From Sedimentisphaerales bacterium (lineage in GTDB: Bacteria > Planctomycetota > Phycisphaerae > Sedimentisphaerales > SM23-30): 64,000 nt of DNA. The notes beneath the pieces are model-generated. The model did not search any database. It had not been told where the DNA came from and saw only the letters and a list, made by a program, of their open reading frames with translations. Positions 10,729 to 20,971 of this stretch are shown in pieces (position 1 is the first letter of the stretch; the number at the start of each line of letters is the position of its first letter). The translations under genes and the position numbers were made by a program. Location: positions 32,001 through 96,000 of the forward strand of contig CAXXMR010000020.1 of the NCBI GenBank assembly GCA_963663805.2. Direction: 5' to 3'.

Positions 10729-12181
10729 ATGATGAAGCCGAATGCTGAACAGGCTATCGCCGACCTGGCCTTAGAGCAGGAATTGACTGCGGAGCAGGCT
10801 GAGCTTATTTACGAGCAAGGCAGAGAGGCGGTGGTTTTTGTTTTGCTGAGACTGTCGAAACTGGCAGCGGAAAAAACACAAGGTACGTTAGTTGCCGGCA
10901 GTCCGGCTGATCCTTCGTGTCCCTCAGGTCAGAAGCCGGTTTTTGTCAAGCCGAACAAAACAGATAAAAAACGCGGCAAAAAGTTTGGCCGTAAAAAAGG
11001 GCATCAAGGTACTCGCCGCAATCTGCCGACCCAAATAGACCGTACCGAAGAACATCGCGCTTCATGTTGTCCGGACTGCGGCGGCGAACTGAAAAAATGT
11101 TCCGGCACACGTGAACGAATCATCGAAGACATCCCGGAAGATGTTCGCGTTGAGACGGTAAAGCATGTTATTCATCGCGACTGGTGTCCGAACTGTCGCA
11201 AGGCGGTTGAGCCGATCGTAACCGATGCTCTGCCAAAATCATCTATTGGCAATGGTATTGTGGTTTTGTGTGCCTGGCTCCACTTTGCGTTGGGCAATAC
11301 GATAGCGCAGATCCTGGAGGTGTTTAATTTTCATCTCCGGTTTAAGATGTCGCCGGGCGGATTAGTCCAGATGTGGCATCGTTTAGCGGATATACTCCTG
11401 GCCTGGTACGAAGAAATAATCGAGGACATTCAAAAAGCCGGTGTCCTGCACGGCGATGAGACCGGCTGGCGGGTAAACGGTAAAACGCATTGGTTATGGT
11501 GCTTTACCAGCCATCAAGCCACGATTTTTACGGTCGAGCAGTCGCGGGCCGGGCCGGTGGTTTTGGAATTTATCAAAGAATGTTTCAACGGCGTGTTCGT
11601 AAGTGACTTCTGGTATGCTTACAATGTATTGTCATGCGCCAAACAAAAGTGCCTGGTTCACTTACTGCGTGATTTGGAGCGAGTCTGGAAAGCCAAAGAC
11701 CACAGCGGCGATTGGCCGAGGTTCTCCAAAAAACTCAAACGATTAATTCGCGACGCGATACGCCTGCGTAAACGCATCGATGAACTGGATGCGACGGTTT
11801 ACCAGCGGCGCTGCCAACGAATCGAAAAAACGCTTGGATCTTATTATCGCGCATGAGTGGTCGAACAAGGAAGCTCAGCGGTTGATTAAGCGTTTGAAAC
11901 GCCATCATGATGAGCTGTTCACTTTTCTGAGCAATCGCGAGGTGCCGTTCGATAATAATTTTGGCGAACGCAGCATTCGCGGCGCGGTGATCATGCGAAA
12001 GAACAGCTATAACAACCGCAGCGACCGTGGAGCCCGAACGCAATCGGTGCTGATGAGCGTGTTTTTTACCCTGAAACAACGCGGCCTAAACCCGGTTGCT
12101 ACCATCAAAAAAGCCCTGCGAACATACATCAAAACCGGCAAATTGCCAAAACTCGCGGAGTTCTCTGCTTCACTTGGCTAA
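10729..12181 (+). pseudogene. IS66-family transposase split by a 1-nt frameshift in an A6 run (11825-11830)
   Basis: CPDC/CPNC zinc finger, DETGW, SDFW, QKCLVHLLR in the first ORF; FDNNFGERSIR in the second; removing one A restores IEKRLDL. Confidence 0.88.
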
Positions 12182-12906
12182 AGTGTTACAAACTAACAAA
12201 CTATATCTCGGGCTTTAGTACGACAGGACCCGCATTAATGGAAAAGCTTTTGGGCGCAAGACCAATATGGCCCTCCCATTATCATATCTAATCTACCGAA
12301 AAACAGAGGACTTGCAAAGCAAAAAATAGGATTTCTACCGGACTTTACCCGTCCCGGAACTAAATCCACTTCGATCTGAGATGCCCCCGGTTCGCCGTCC
12401 CCTTCTAAAACCTTAAATCCCCGCAACTTACCCGTCCAGGCGCATATCGCACAGATAGATCACTTTAAAGACAGAAAGAGTAATATTAAATTTCGTGTGG
12501 TTGGTGTATTTCCCTGCGGGGCTCTCCGCTTCGCTCCATGTCGTGGTTTTCCTCTCTTGAAATCTGCGAAAATCTGAGCAATCTGCGGATAAATCATTAA
12601 GGCAGGCAAGAGTGGAAAGAACCTTACTAATATAATTTTATTGCATATAAAGAATTTAGGTTTGCTGGCAAAAGCATGATTGCTGAATTGAAAAAAACCT
12701 GCCGCTGAGGTTGGCAGAAGAAGTGAAAAGACGTTTATTTCAGGCTGTACAGGCTGTAGATTCAAAAACACTTTGGCAATTGTAATGCCCATATAGGCAT
12801 GAACATCCTGTCACACAACCTGTGGGGGCTGGCACGATTAAAGGTCAGCCACAAGCGGCTTAACAAACCCCACTTAATCCCATAATTCGACAATGATTGT
12901 CCGGGG

Positions 12907-13950
12907 CTAGCTGTTCAACCAGTCAGCCGCAAAGGCGATAAAATCCAGTATATCAACTGTTTCGTCGCCATCAGGAGCGGGGGCTATGTCCGCCTGAGGA
13001 TCCCCTGCGGAGATAAAAGCGAAATCAGTCATATCGACTTTGCAATCGTTGTTGATGTCTCCGGGACAATCATTGGCACAGCCGTTCCAGCCGGCCAGCC
13101 TCGCCCACAGCCACCAGGCGGTATAGGCTTTCTGATTACCGTTCAACGGCTGACTGTGGGCGGCAGAGCAGTTATACCAGTCCACCCCTTCAGTATGGCT
13201 GTTCTGCCAGTCGATCGCCCAGTTGCCGCCGGTATAGTTACAGGCATCATCACAATACAGCGGCATATAATTTGTTTGACCATCCGGGTCATAACTTTCA
13301 ATATCCGCGAAGTCGTAGAGTATTTTTTCGTGGGCGCTGCAGTAGTCTCTTATCTGCTGATTGCGTAGATTGAGATTGCCCGTTTCACCACTACCGTCGA
13401 GATGGCAGGTCATATAGACAAATGTCACATTCGGATAATCATTCTCAAGCTGCGTCATCGGCTCAAGGTATTGACTCAGCATAGCAGCTTCACTGTAACC
13501 GGCTGCCTGGCCGCACCACGACCAGATGATAATATTAATTTCGTTGTTGTCGGGATTATCTAAATATGCCTCCGTTTCATTAACCCAGTTGGGATAATAC
13601 CCGCAGTCATGGTCCAGATCGCCGCTGCCGTAGCCGTCACCCTCCCGTAAATCCAACGCCCCACCGGTCCCGCCGCGATTCCAGGCGAAAATATCTGTCT
13701 GCAGTGAAAGGCCCTTTCCGCCGCCGTTGGCAAAAGCCACCAATCCCGTCATGCCCGTGGTAATCTGACTGCCGTGCGAGGTATGGCCGTAACCAATGTG
13801 CAGGTCAGCTTTGGCCTGATTAATGGCCGATTCCGGAATTTGGGTAATATCAGTGCAGGTATGGTCAATAATCATCTGGGCGGAACAATAAGCACAAAAA
13901 AACAAAACCAGCATCAATCCCCCAGCACTGCGCGATACAAAAGTTTTCAT
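12907..13950 (-). CDS. Secreted protein (possible SGNH-like hydrolase fold) with C-terminal dockerin-like Ca-binding repeats
   Basis: Signal peptide from MKTFVSR with GAGGTG SD; YGHTSHGSQ and WSWCG motifs; C-terminal GDINNDCKVDMTDF and DGDETVDILDFIAFAADWL. Confidence 0.7.
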   Translation of the reverse strand: MKTFVSRSAGGLMLVLFFCAYCSAQMIIDHTCTDITQIPESAINQAKADLHIGYGHTSHGSQITTGMTGLVAFANGGGKGLSLQTDIFAWNRGGTGGALDLREGDGYGSGDLDHDCGYYPNWVNETEAYLDNPDNNEINIIIWSWCGQAAGYSEAAMLSQYLEPMTQLENDYPNVTFVYMTCHLDGSGETGNLNLRNQQIRDYCSAHEKILYDFADIESYDPDGQTNYMPLYCDDACNYTGGNWAIDWQNSHTEGVDWYNCSAAHSQPLNGNQKAYTAWWLWARLAGWNGCANDCPGDINNDCKVDMTDFAFISAGDPQADIAPAPDGDETVDILDFIAFAADWLNS

Positions 13951-14018
13951 CCAACACCTCCGTTTCTGAAACACTGTTTTTTTAACAATCAGAGGTTCAA
14001 AGCTCTGATTCCGCAATA

Positions 14019-14639
14019 TCAGCTAATATACAACCCTTTACTCTCAATATATTCCCGCACCCCTTCGGGCACCAGATAGCGTATCGAAAGCCTCTCACGC
14101 TGCCGTCTGCGAATATCGGTGGCACTGATTTCCACTCGTGATGTTTCCATAATATACCGTCGCAACGTATCAATCTGTTCACTGCTCAGGCTCGCCTTCA
14201 GTCCCGCCAAATCACCCGGTTCATAGCCCGACCGAGCCGCTGTTACAATCGTACAGGCATCCGCCAGCTCGCCAACCTTATACCAGTTCGGTAAATCAAC
14301 CAGCGTATCAGTACCAATCAGCCAATAAAGCGGGACATCAGGCCCATATTCCTCCCGCAACTGCCGCACTGTCAGCAAAGTATAGCTGGGCCCCTTGCGA
14401 TGCAGTTCAATGTCCGACACCGCAAAAAAATCGTCATCGGTTACCCCCTGCCGCGTCATCTCTAGCCGAATCTCCGGGTTGGTCACTTTTGCGTCGCTCT
14501 TATGAGGCGGCCGGGCCGACGGTATCAACAGAACCTTAGCCGCACCGAGTTTCTCCGCCGCTTCCCGTGCCGCGATCAAATGGCCGTTATGCAGCGGATC
14601 AAACGTACCGCCGAATAATAATATCCCCTTAGCAACCAT
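14019..14639 (-). CDS. nadD: Nicotinate-nucleotide adenylyltransferase
   Basis: FGGTFDPLHNGH, PPHK, SYT, LIGTD, ISATDIR motifs. Confidence 0.96.
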   Translation of the reverse strand: MVAKGILLFGGTFDPLHNGHLIAAREAAEKLGAAKVLLIPSARPPHKSDAKVTNPEIRLEMTRQGVTDDDFFAVSDIELHRKGPSYTLLTVRQLREEYGPDVPLYWLIGTDTLVDLPNWYKVGELADACTIVTAARSGYEPGDLAGLKASLSSEQIDTLRRYIMETSRVEISATDIRRRQRERLSIRYLVPEGVREYIESKGLYIS

Positions 14640-15261
14640 AAGCTCTAATTGCCTCAAAAAGTGTCCTCATCTTTTCTACATCCTTCACACCCGGCGAAGT
14701 CTCCACCCCGCTGCAAACATCCAGCCCCCACGTACCGACCGCTAATGCCTCGTTTACATTTTCCGGTTTGATTCCACCAGCCAGGAAAATCTTAAGTTTT
14801 CCCGATGCGTCTTTCAGCCAGCTCCAGTCGAACCGATGCCCCGTCCCGCCGTAAGCATCCTCACGAAAAGCGTCCAGCAGCACAATTTCGCCGGGATATC
14901 CATCCATCCGCCGCAAATCCGCCGGCTCGCGTATCCGCAACGCCTTCATCACCGGCAACCCCAAAGGCTCACACTCCCGGCAAAACTCCGACGATTCATC
15001 CCCGTGCAGTTGCAGCATACCCAGCCGGCAGTCACGCAAAACCTGCTCTATCCGTTCCCGCGTCGCGTTCACAAAAAGCCCCACCGATACCACCGAATCC
15101 GGCAGCTTAGCAATTATCTCCGCCGCCGCCAGCGGATTGATATACCGCGGACTGTTCGGGTAAAAATTAAAACCCAGATAACCCGCCCCCAGCTCCGTCG
15201 CCATAAGGGCATCGTCCAGCGTCGTAATTCCGCAGATTTTAACCTCAACCGCCATCACCAA
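14629..15261 (-). CDS. trpF: Phosphoribosylanthranilate isomerase
   Basis: VKICGIT, QLHGDE, GGTGHRFDW, LAGGI, DVCSGVE. Confidence 0.97.
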   Translation of the reverse strand: MVMAVEVKICGITTLDDALMATELGAGYLGFNFYPNSPRYINPLAAAEIIAKLPDSVVSVGLFVNATRERIEQVLRDCRLGMLQLHGDESSEFCRECEPLGLPVMKALRIREPADLRRMDGYPGEIVLLDAFREDAYGGTGHRFDWSWLKDASGKLKIFLAGGIKPENVNEALAVGTWGLDVCSGVETSPGVKDVEKMRTLFEAIRAYGC

Positions 15262-15273
15262 TACCTTTCGCTA

Positions 15274-16287
15274 TTACCCACCGTTAGAAATCGCTATCAT
15301 CTTTTCCAACACTTGTCCGGCCCGGCCCGAATCGATACTCTCAGCCGCAACCGACATACCTTCAGCGAACCCCGCCGCATTACCTGCAATCATCAAAGCC
15401 GCCGCCGCATTAAACAGCACTACATCACGCGGCGCACCAGTGACTTCGCCTGCCAGAATCCCGCGTGTCAAAGCCACATTCTCCTCAACCGAACTGCTGG
15501 TCAACTCCGACACTTCCGCTTTCTTAATGCCATAGTCACTATAGTCAACCGTATGCGAAGTAATCCGCCCGTCCCGCAATTCCACAATATCCGTCGGTCC
15601 GCAAATGCTAAACTCATCCATCCCGTCGCCATAAGCCACCATCGCCCGCTTTACACCCAACAGTTTCAAAACCTGCGTCATTTTCTCCAGCAGCTCCGGC
15701 ACCGCCACCCCGATAATCTGCAAACTCGCATTGGCGGGATTCGACAGCGGCCCCAGAATATTAAACGCCGTCCGCACGCCCAGTTCCTTGCGAATCGGCT
15801 GAACATATTTCATCGCAGGATGATGACATGGAGCAAACATAAACCCGATACCCGCTTCATTAATACATTTCTCGATTACTGCTGGTGCCGCGTCGATCTT
15901 CACCCCCAGCCCCGCCAGAACATCCGCCGAACCGCACTTGCTCGTAATCGCCCGATTACCATGCTTGGCTACCGGCACACCCGCCCCGGCAATCACCAAC
16001 GCCGCCGTCGTACTGATATTGAACGTACAATTGCCGTCCCCGCCTGTTCCTACTATATCCAGCACCGGCTCCGACTTGGGCCGCACCGGCACCGCATGGT
16101 CACGCATCGCCCGGGCCATACCCGCCAGCTCATCCGCCGTCTCTCCTTTGCTGCGCAAGGCAACCAGAAAGCCCGCGATACCAATCTCGCTGCATTGCCC
16201 GTTCAGTACCGCGTTAATCGCCTGATTAGCTTCGGCGAAAGTCAGGTCCGTACCATTCAAAACTTTTTCCGTCAGTTCCCGCAGCAT
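15274..16287 (-). CDS. trpD: Anthranilate phosphoribosyltransferase
   Basis: DIVGTGGDG..TFNIST, KHGNR, GSADVL, RTAFNILGPL. Confidence 0.98.
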   Translation of the reverse strand: MLRELTEKVLNGTDLTFAEANQAINAVLNGQCSEIGIAGFLVALRSKGETADELAGMARAMRDHAVPVRPKSEPVLDIVGTGGDGNCTFNISTTAALVIAGAGVPVAKHGNRAITSKCGSADVLAGLGVKIDAAPAVIEKCINEAGIGFMFAPCHHPAMKYVQPIRKELGVRTAFNILGPLSNPANASLQIIGVAVPELLEKMTQVLKLLGVKRAMVAYGDGMDEFSICGPTDIVELRDGRITSHTVDYSDYGIKKAEVSELTSSSVEENVALTRGILAGEVTGAPRDVVLFNAAAALMIAGNAAGFAEGMSVAAESIDSGRAGQVLEKMIAISNGG

Positions 16288-16307
16288 AGTAATCTCCTGT
16301 GCAACAT

Positions 16308-16949
16308 TTATCGTTTCTTCGCGATAATCAAAAACACCGTATAATCACGCATCTTCCCTTCCGAATCCGGCTTGCTTATGGTATGAGCCGTCGCCGCTTC
16401 AGCCTGAACAAAACCCGAATGCTCCAGCATCTCCACAACCTCATTCCGGTCAAATCCGGCATGGGCAATGCCTTCCCTCCCGCCGTGAAAACTGCCGTCC
16501 TCTAAATCCAAATCAGCCAAGGCGACCATACCTCCGGGTTTCATCTTATCGTGAAAAACCTTCAGAACTCGCTTAACACCGTTTACATGATGCAATGCCA
16601 TCGCCGAAAAAATCAAATCAAACTCACCCTCAATTTCTTCCTCATCAACCAAAATATCCGCGCAAAGCGTACTGACATTCGTCGCCGCGCCCGCCGCCAC
16701 TTTCTTGTCGAGTTGTCCCAGCATTTCCGCCGAAATATCCACGCCCAGCACACTACCCACCTCCTCCGCCACCAGAAGCGTCACCAGCCCCGTCCCACAG
16801 CCGTAATCCAGAGCCCGCATATCCTTATTAAGCGGCAAACCATCAACAATCGCCCCCGCCACCGCAGAGGCAAGCTCCACCCGCCGCGGCTGCTCATCCC
16901 AATTCGCCGCCTTATCCTTAAAATAATCTATATGATTAGCCATAAGCAA
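16308..16949 (-). CDS. Class I SAM-dependent methyltransferase
   Basis: ALDYGCGTG motif I; FDLIFSAMALHH. Confidence 0.9.
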   Translation of the reverse strand: MLMANHIDYFKDKAANWDEQPRRVELASAVAGAIVDGLPLNKDMRALDYGCGTGLVTLLVAEEVGSVLGVDISAEMLGQLDKKVAAGAATNVSTLCADILVDEEEIEGEFDLIFSAMALHHVNGVKRVLKVFHDKMKPGGMVALADLDLEDGSFHGGREGIAHAGFDRNEVVEMLEHSGFVQAEAATAHTISKPDSEGKMRDYTVFLIIAKKR

Positions 16950-16961
16950 AAATCAAACCTT

Positions 16962-19109
16962 TCACGCCAACTGCTCAATCACGTTAGCGATAATTTTCAA
17001 ACCAACATCATCCTGCAAAGTAAGAATCGACTCCGGGTGAAACTGTACCGAAGCTATCGGCAGTGTCTTGTGCCGCAACCCCATGATCACGCCGTCTTCA
17101 GTCTTTGCCGTAACTTCCAGACAATCCGGCACTGTATCCGGCTTCACATACAAACTATGATAACGCCCCGCTGGAAACGGAGAAATAATGTTCTTGAACA
17201 CCCCAGCCTGATTATGGCTCACCAGCGAATCCTTGCCGTGCATTGGTGCCGGCAGAACTCCCAGATCCGCCCCAAAATACTCCGCCATCCCCTGATGACC
17301 CAGACACACACCAAACATCGCCAGGCCGCGTTCCACCGCTGCCCCCACCAGCTCCGGTACTCGCATCTGACGCGGCGTGCCCGGCCCCGGCGAGATAAAC
17401 ACCAGGTCAGGCTTGAACTCATCCAGAAGTTCAAAATCAAAACCCGTACGCAGCGTAATAACTTCTACCCCAGTCTGCCGCACATAATTTGCCAGCGTAT
17501 GCACAAAGCTGTCCTGATTATCAACAAACAGCACTCGTGCCGTCTTGGGCTTTTTAACAGGTGTCTCGGCCGCTTCTTCTGCCACGGATTCATCCGCCGT
17601 TATCGCCGCCAGAAAAGCCGACGCCTTCACCCGTGTTTCTTTTTCTTCATCATCAGGCACCGAATCATAAAGCAGTGTAGCACCGGCCCGCACCGTCGCC
17701 ACACCATCCTGCAGATGAATCGTACGAATTGTTATCCCCGTGTTAAGCTGCTCGTTAAACGTAAACAGTCCCACGCAACCGCCATACCACCGCCGCGGGC
17801 TGTTCTCCAGATTCTCGATAGTCTGCATCGCCGCCGGCTTGGGCGAACCCGTCAGCGTACAAGCCCACATATGCGATAGAAAAGCGTCGAACATATCGCA
17901 GTCTGCCCGCAACTGACCCTTAACATGGTCCACCGTATGGAACAGCTTGGAATAACTCTCCAGCATCCGCCGCCCCACCAGTTGCACCGTACCCGGCACA
18001 CAAACCCGACTCTTGTCGTTCCGGTCCACATCAGTGCACATCGTCAATTCCGACTCATCTTTTTTCGAGGTCAGCAAAGTAAGAATCTGCTCAGCGTCTT
18101 CCATTGGCGATTCACCCCGCCGCACCGTCCCGCTGATCGGGCAGGTCTCCACCGTCCCGGCATCCACCCGCACAAACATTTCCGGCGAAGCGCCTATCAA
18201 CTGTTCCCCGCCCAGATTAATTAGAAAATCATAAGGGCTCGGATTAGATTTACGCAGCCGATTAAATAACTGCAAAGGACTCTTGCCGCAATCAGCACTG
18301 AACACCTGCGACAGAACCACCTCAAAATAATTACCCACCCGACAGCCTTCACGAACCTGCTCAACCTTCGCCGCGTATTCGCCCGGCTGATGGTCCGAAC
18401 GCACTTCCGTATTAGTTCCCGCCTGGACAGCTGCGAACCGCTCCCCTTCAACAGCCAGCCCTTTGGTCGTCGCCCCGGACAGACTGAACTCATAAGCCAG
18501 CTCAAAAGCAGTCTGCTTCTGATGGTCAATCGCGTAAATCCGGTCCGGCAGAAACAGATGGCAGTCTGGCCCAACCTCCGAGCGGTCATGCCTGAACTCT
18601 ATCGGCTCAAACTGGAACACCAGATCATAACCAAACGCCCCGAACATACTCAGATATTCATCCTCGCAAGCCAGCAGGTTCGTCAAGGCCCGCAGCACCG
18701 AAAAAACGCTCGGCTGCTTGCTCCGCTCTTCCTCGGTAAACCCTTTCGGCATCGGAATCACCTGCCCCGCCAGCTCACCCTCGCTCTGCCGCACACTTTC
18801 CACATGTTCATGCCCCAAAATCGCCCCTGCCAGCATCCCCAGCAGCACTTTGCCACGGGCATTCAGGGCCCGAAACACAAAATCGCGCTGACGCGAAACC
18901 ATCTCCACCGGCGGGTCAATAAAACCTATATCCCACCGGCTATACCGGCCCGGATACTCATAATCGCTGGCCAGAACCGCCCCGCGAGCCCGATTTATAT
19001 TGTCATAAACAACCTTCAAGCCAGAACTTACCGGCAATTCTGTGCGAACCCGCTCAACTTCGATACCCCCGCGTGTAATAAACTGTTCCCGCATTGTGAT
19101 GGTCTCCAT
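16962..19109 (-). CDS. trpE: Fused anthranilate synthase component I + glutamine amidotransferase (TrpEG); true start may be Met at 19094
   Basis: NPSPY, GASPE, PISGT, GSPK and RAGA chorismate-binding motifs plus GATase DNQDSF, SPGPG, GVCLGHQ, QFHPES. Confidence 0.95.
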   Translation of the reverse strand: METITMREQFITRGGIEVERVRTELPVSSGLKVVYDNINRARGAVLASDYEYPGRYSRWDIGFIDPPVEMVSRQRDFVFRALNARGKVLLGMLAGAILGHEHVESVRQSEGELAGQVIPMPKGFTEEERSKQPSVFSVLRALTNLLACEDEYLSMFGAFGYDLVFQFEPIEFRHDRSEVGPDCHLFLPDRIYAIDHQKQTAFELAYEFSLSGATTKGLAVEGERFAAVQAGTNTEVRSDHQPGEYAAKVEQVREGCRVGNYFEVVLSQVFSADCGKSPLQLFNRLRKSNPSPYDFLINLGGEQLIGASPEMFVRVDAGTVETCPISGTVRRGESPMEDAEQILTLLTSKKDESELTMCTDVDRNDKSRVCVPGTVQLVGRRMLESYSKLFHTVDHVKGQLRADCDMFDAFLSHMWACTLTGSPKPAAMQTIENLENSPRRWYGGCVGLFTFNEQLNTGITIRTIHLQDGVATVRAGATLLYDSVPDDEEKETRVKASAFLAAITADESVAEEAAETPVKKPKTARVLFVDNQDSFVHTLANYVRQTGVEVITLRTGFDFELLDEFKPDLVFISPGPGTPRQMRVPELVGAAVERGLAMFGVCLGHQGMAEYFGADLGVLPAPMHGKDSLVSHNQAGVFKNIISPFPAGRYHSLYVKPDTVPDCLEVTAKTEDGVIMGLRHKTLPIASVQFHPESILTLQDDVGLKIIANVIEQLA

Positions 19110-19147
19110 AAAAAAACCGCGACCTAATCAGAAATCAGGCCACGGTT
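19110..19147 (-). terminator. Attenuator terminator of the trp operon
   Basis: Minus strand AACCGTGGCCTGAT-TTCTG-ATTAGGTCGCGGTT followed by a U tract right before trpE. Confidence 0.85.
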
Positions 19148-19180
19148 AAGATAACATTTTTCTTAATGAATAGATAGTCC

Positions 19181-19249
19181 CTATCCGAGCCCGCAGTCCT
19201 CCCGCCAGCTACGCCAACCCCACAACCTGTTCAGTAAACAACTACTCAT
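19181..19249 (-). CDS. trpL: trp operon leader peptide MSSCLLNRLWGWRSWREDCGLG
   Basis: 22-aa ORF with three TGG codons in six positions, between the promoter and the terminator upstream of trpE. Confidence 0.8.
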   Translation of the reverse strand: MSSCLLNRLWGWRSWREDCGLG

Positions 19250-19256
19250 GGCCACC

Positions 19257-19285
19257 ATTAAACCATTATTCAACCTCCAGGTCAA
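19257..19285 (-). promoter_or_regulatory. Sigma70-like trp promoter TTGACC-N17-TTTAAT with extended -10 TG
   Basis: Canonical spacing; leader ATG lies 7 nt after the -10. Confidence 0.6.
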
Positions 19286-19383
19286 CTCCAAACTAAAATC
19301 AAAACAACCTGGATAAAGACCAAAACCACACCTGTCGAAGGAAGGAAATTAGCCATTGACGTTGTTTTTTTCAAAGCTCAATT

Positions 19384-20295
19384 TTATCCGATTACTATTC
19401 CGGCGTATCCTACGCTGTCATCGGTTTGCTGGTGGAATTGTCGGGCCATTACTTCGGCGCTGGTGGTATGGGCCAGGAGTGTGCTTTTTTGGGCACCTTG
19501 TTTAATGGCGGAGGTCAGGGCGGCGGCGGTTGCCCCGGCTCCGCAGGCACTGCCGTACATTGCAGCGGTATTGATAAGCTGGTCGGGACGCAGGGACAGA
19601 ATGTGTTCGAGGAAAAATCTATCGTTGTGTTCCTTGGCCCAGCCGAGTGCTTCGGGGCCCGTGCCGTGTGGAGTGAAATAGTAGCTGGGGCCGTAATGGG
19701 TCAGGTCGGTGGAGGCGATACAGACGATTTTTTTGTCACTTTGGTTGATGATGCCGCCGATGGACCGTCCGATATTCTCGGCGCTGTCTACGGGCGGAAT
19801 CATTAAAGGCACGATTTGGGCATTGGGGAAAATATACTGGATTATGGGTATCTGGACTTCGATGGAGTGTTCGTTAGAGTGGCCGGCGCGGTCGGCACAT
19901 ACCATTCCGGTGGTTGCTTCGAGGATTTGTTGGGCGAGTTCTTCGTTGATATTGACTTTTCCCAGGGGCGTGGCCCATTGTCCGCGGTCGTAGAGCAGGC
20001 CCAGCCGGGTGCGTACGGAATGGACGGCCCCGAAAATGACGAAGGTATCGACATCTTTACCGTTTTGCTGTTCGACGGCGGCGAAGGCCTGGGCTGCAAT
20101 ATCTCCGCTGAAAACCCAGCCGGCATGGGGTACAATAGCGGCGAGGATTTTATCGGGAAGGGTCATTTCGGGGTCCAAAGCCCTCATCTGGAGCATTTGG
20201 CGGATGTGCTCCTGGCATTTATCAGGATTTGCTTCGTAGAACCGGCCTGATACGACGGCATTTCTGACTGACATGGATGGGCTCCTGCTTGACAT
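19384..20295 (-). CDS. amrB: AmmeMemoRadiSam system protein B (MEMO1 family)
   Basis: VRNAVVSGRFY, IVPHAGWVFSG, EHSIEVQIP, ASTDLTHYG, SVGYAG. Confidence 0.92.
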   Translation of the reverse strand: MSSRSPSMSVRNAVVSGRFYEANPDKCQEHIRQMLQMRALDPEMTLPDKILAAIVPHAGWVFSGDIAAQAFAAVEQQNGKDVDTFVIFGAVHSVRTRLGLLYDRGQWATPLGKVNINEELAQQILEATTGMVCADRAGHSNEHSIEVQIPIIQYIFPNAQIVPLMIPPVDSAENIGRSIGGIINQSDKKIVCIASTDLTHYGPSYYFTPHGTGPEALGWAKEHNDRFFLEHILSLRPDQLINTAAMYGSACGAGATAAALTSAIKQGAQKSTLLAHTTSAEVMARQFHQQTDDSVGYAGIVIG

Positions 20296-20407
20296 TTGGG
20301 GTTGGTTCGCCTATGATGGCCACTCGCGCCGCAGTATTTTAACTGCGTAGGTGCGGTGATTGCAAGGCATTAACGAGATTTTAGGCTATAAACACAGGAA
20401 AATATGT

Positions 20408-20971
20408 ATGATTAAAGCTACGGAAATGAAAAAGGGGATGGTTTTGAAAATTGATGGGGCACTGATGGTGGTCCTGGATTACCAGCATGTCAAGCTGGGC
20501 AAGGGCGGTGCAGTTTTGCAAACCAAGCTGAAAAGTGTAATGGAAGGTAACGTGACCACCAAGCGTATCCGTTCGGAAGAGACTCTGGAAGATGTCTATG
20601 TTGACCGGCAGAAATACGAGTATCTGTACTCGGCTGGTAATGAGCATGTACTGATGCACAAAGAGACTTTTGACCAGATGACGATTGACAGCGAACTGTT
20701 CGGTGATGGTCCTTTGTACTGCAAACCGAATACGGATGTTGAAGTGCAGTTCTTTGACGGCAAACCACTGTCGGTGGATTTGCCCAATACGGTGGAGCTG
20801 GAAGTCACTGACACTCCCCCGGCGATTAAGGGTGCAACTGCGACAAATCAATATAAAAAGGCTGAGCTGGAGACCGGTGTTTCGGTAACGGTACCGCCTT
20901 TTGTGGAAAATGGTGAGCTGATTCGGGTTGATACTCGCACTGGGGAGTATCTGGAGCGAGTTAAGAAATAG
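20408..20971 (+). CDS. efp: Elongation factor P
   Basis: HVKLGKGGA loop, KKAELETG..VTVPPFV..GELIRVDTRTGEY. Confidence 0.95.
   Translation: MIKATEMKKGMVLKIDGALMVVLDYQHVKLGKGGAVLQTKLKSVMEGNVTTKRIRSEETLEDVYVDRQKYEYLYSAGNEHVLMHKETFDQMTIDSELFGDGPLYCKPNTDVEVQFFDGKPLSVDLPNTVELEVTDTPPAIKGATATNQYKKAELETGVSVTVPPFVENGELIRVDTRTGEYLERVKK

Larger units (their letters stand above)
10599..12189 (+). mobile_element. Single-ORF IS66-family (ISBst12-like) element
   Basis: 24-bp IRs GTAACATTTTAGCCAAGTGAAGCA / GTAACACTTTAGCCAAGTGAAGCA; 8-bp TSD AAACTAAC at 10591-10598 and 12190-12197. Confidence 0.95.

Noticed and set aside
4298..12189. Composite transposon of two IS66 elements carrying the two-gene module
   Set aside because: The elements have different IRs and each has its own matched 8-bp TSD, so they are independent insertions
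12300..12365. Purine riboswitch suggested by TTTCTACC
   Set aside because: No P2 stem-loop or CCGTAAA loop, and no relevant downstream gene
14836..19127. Long plus-strand ORFs (502, 442, 245 aa)
   Set aside because: Antisense shadows of trp genes caused by codon bias; no recognisable motifs
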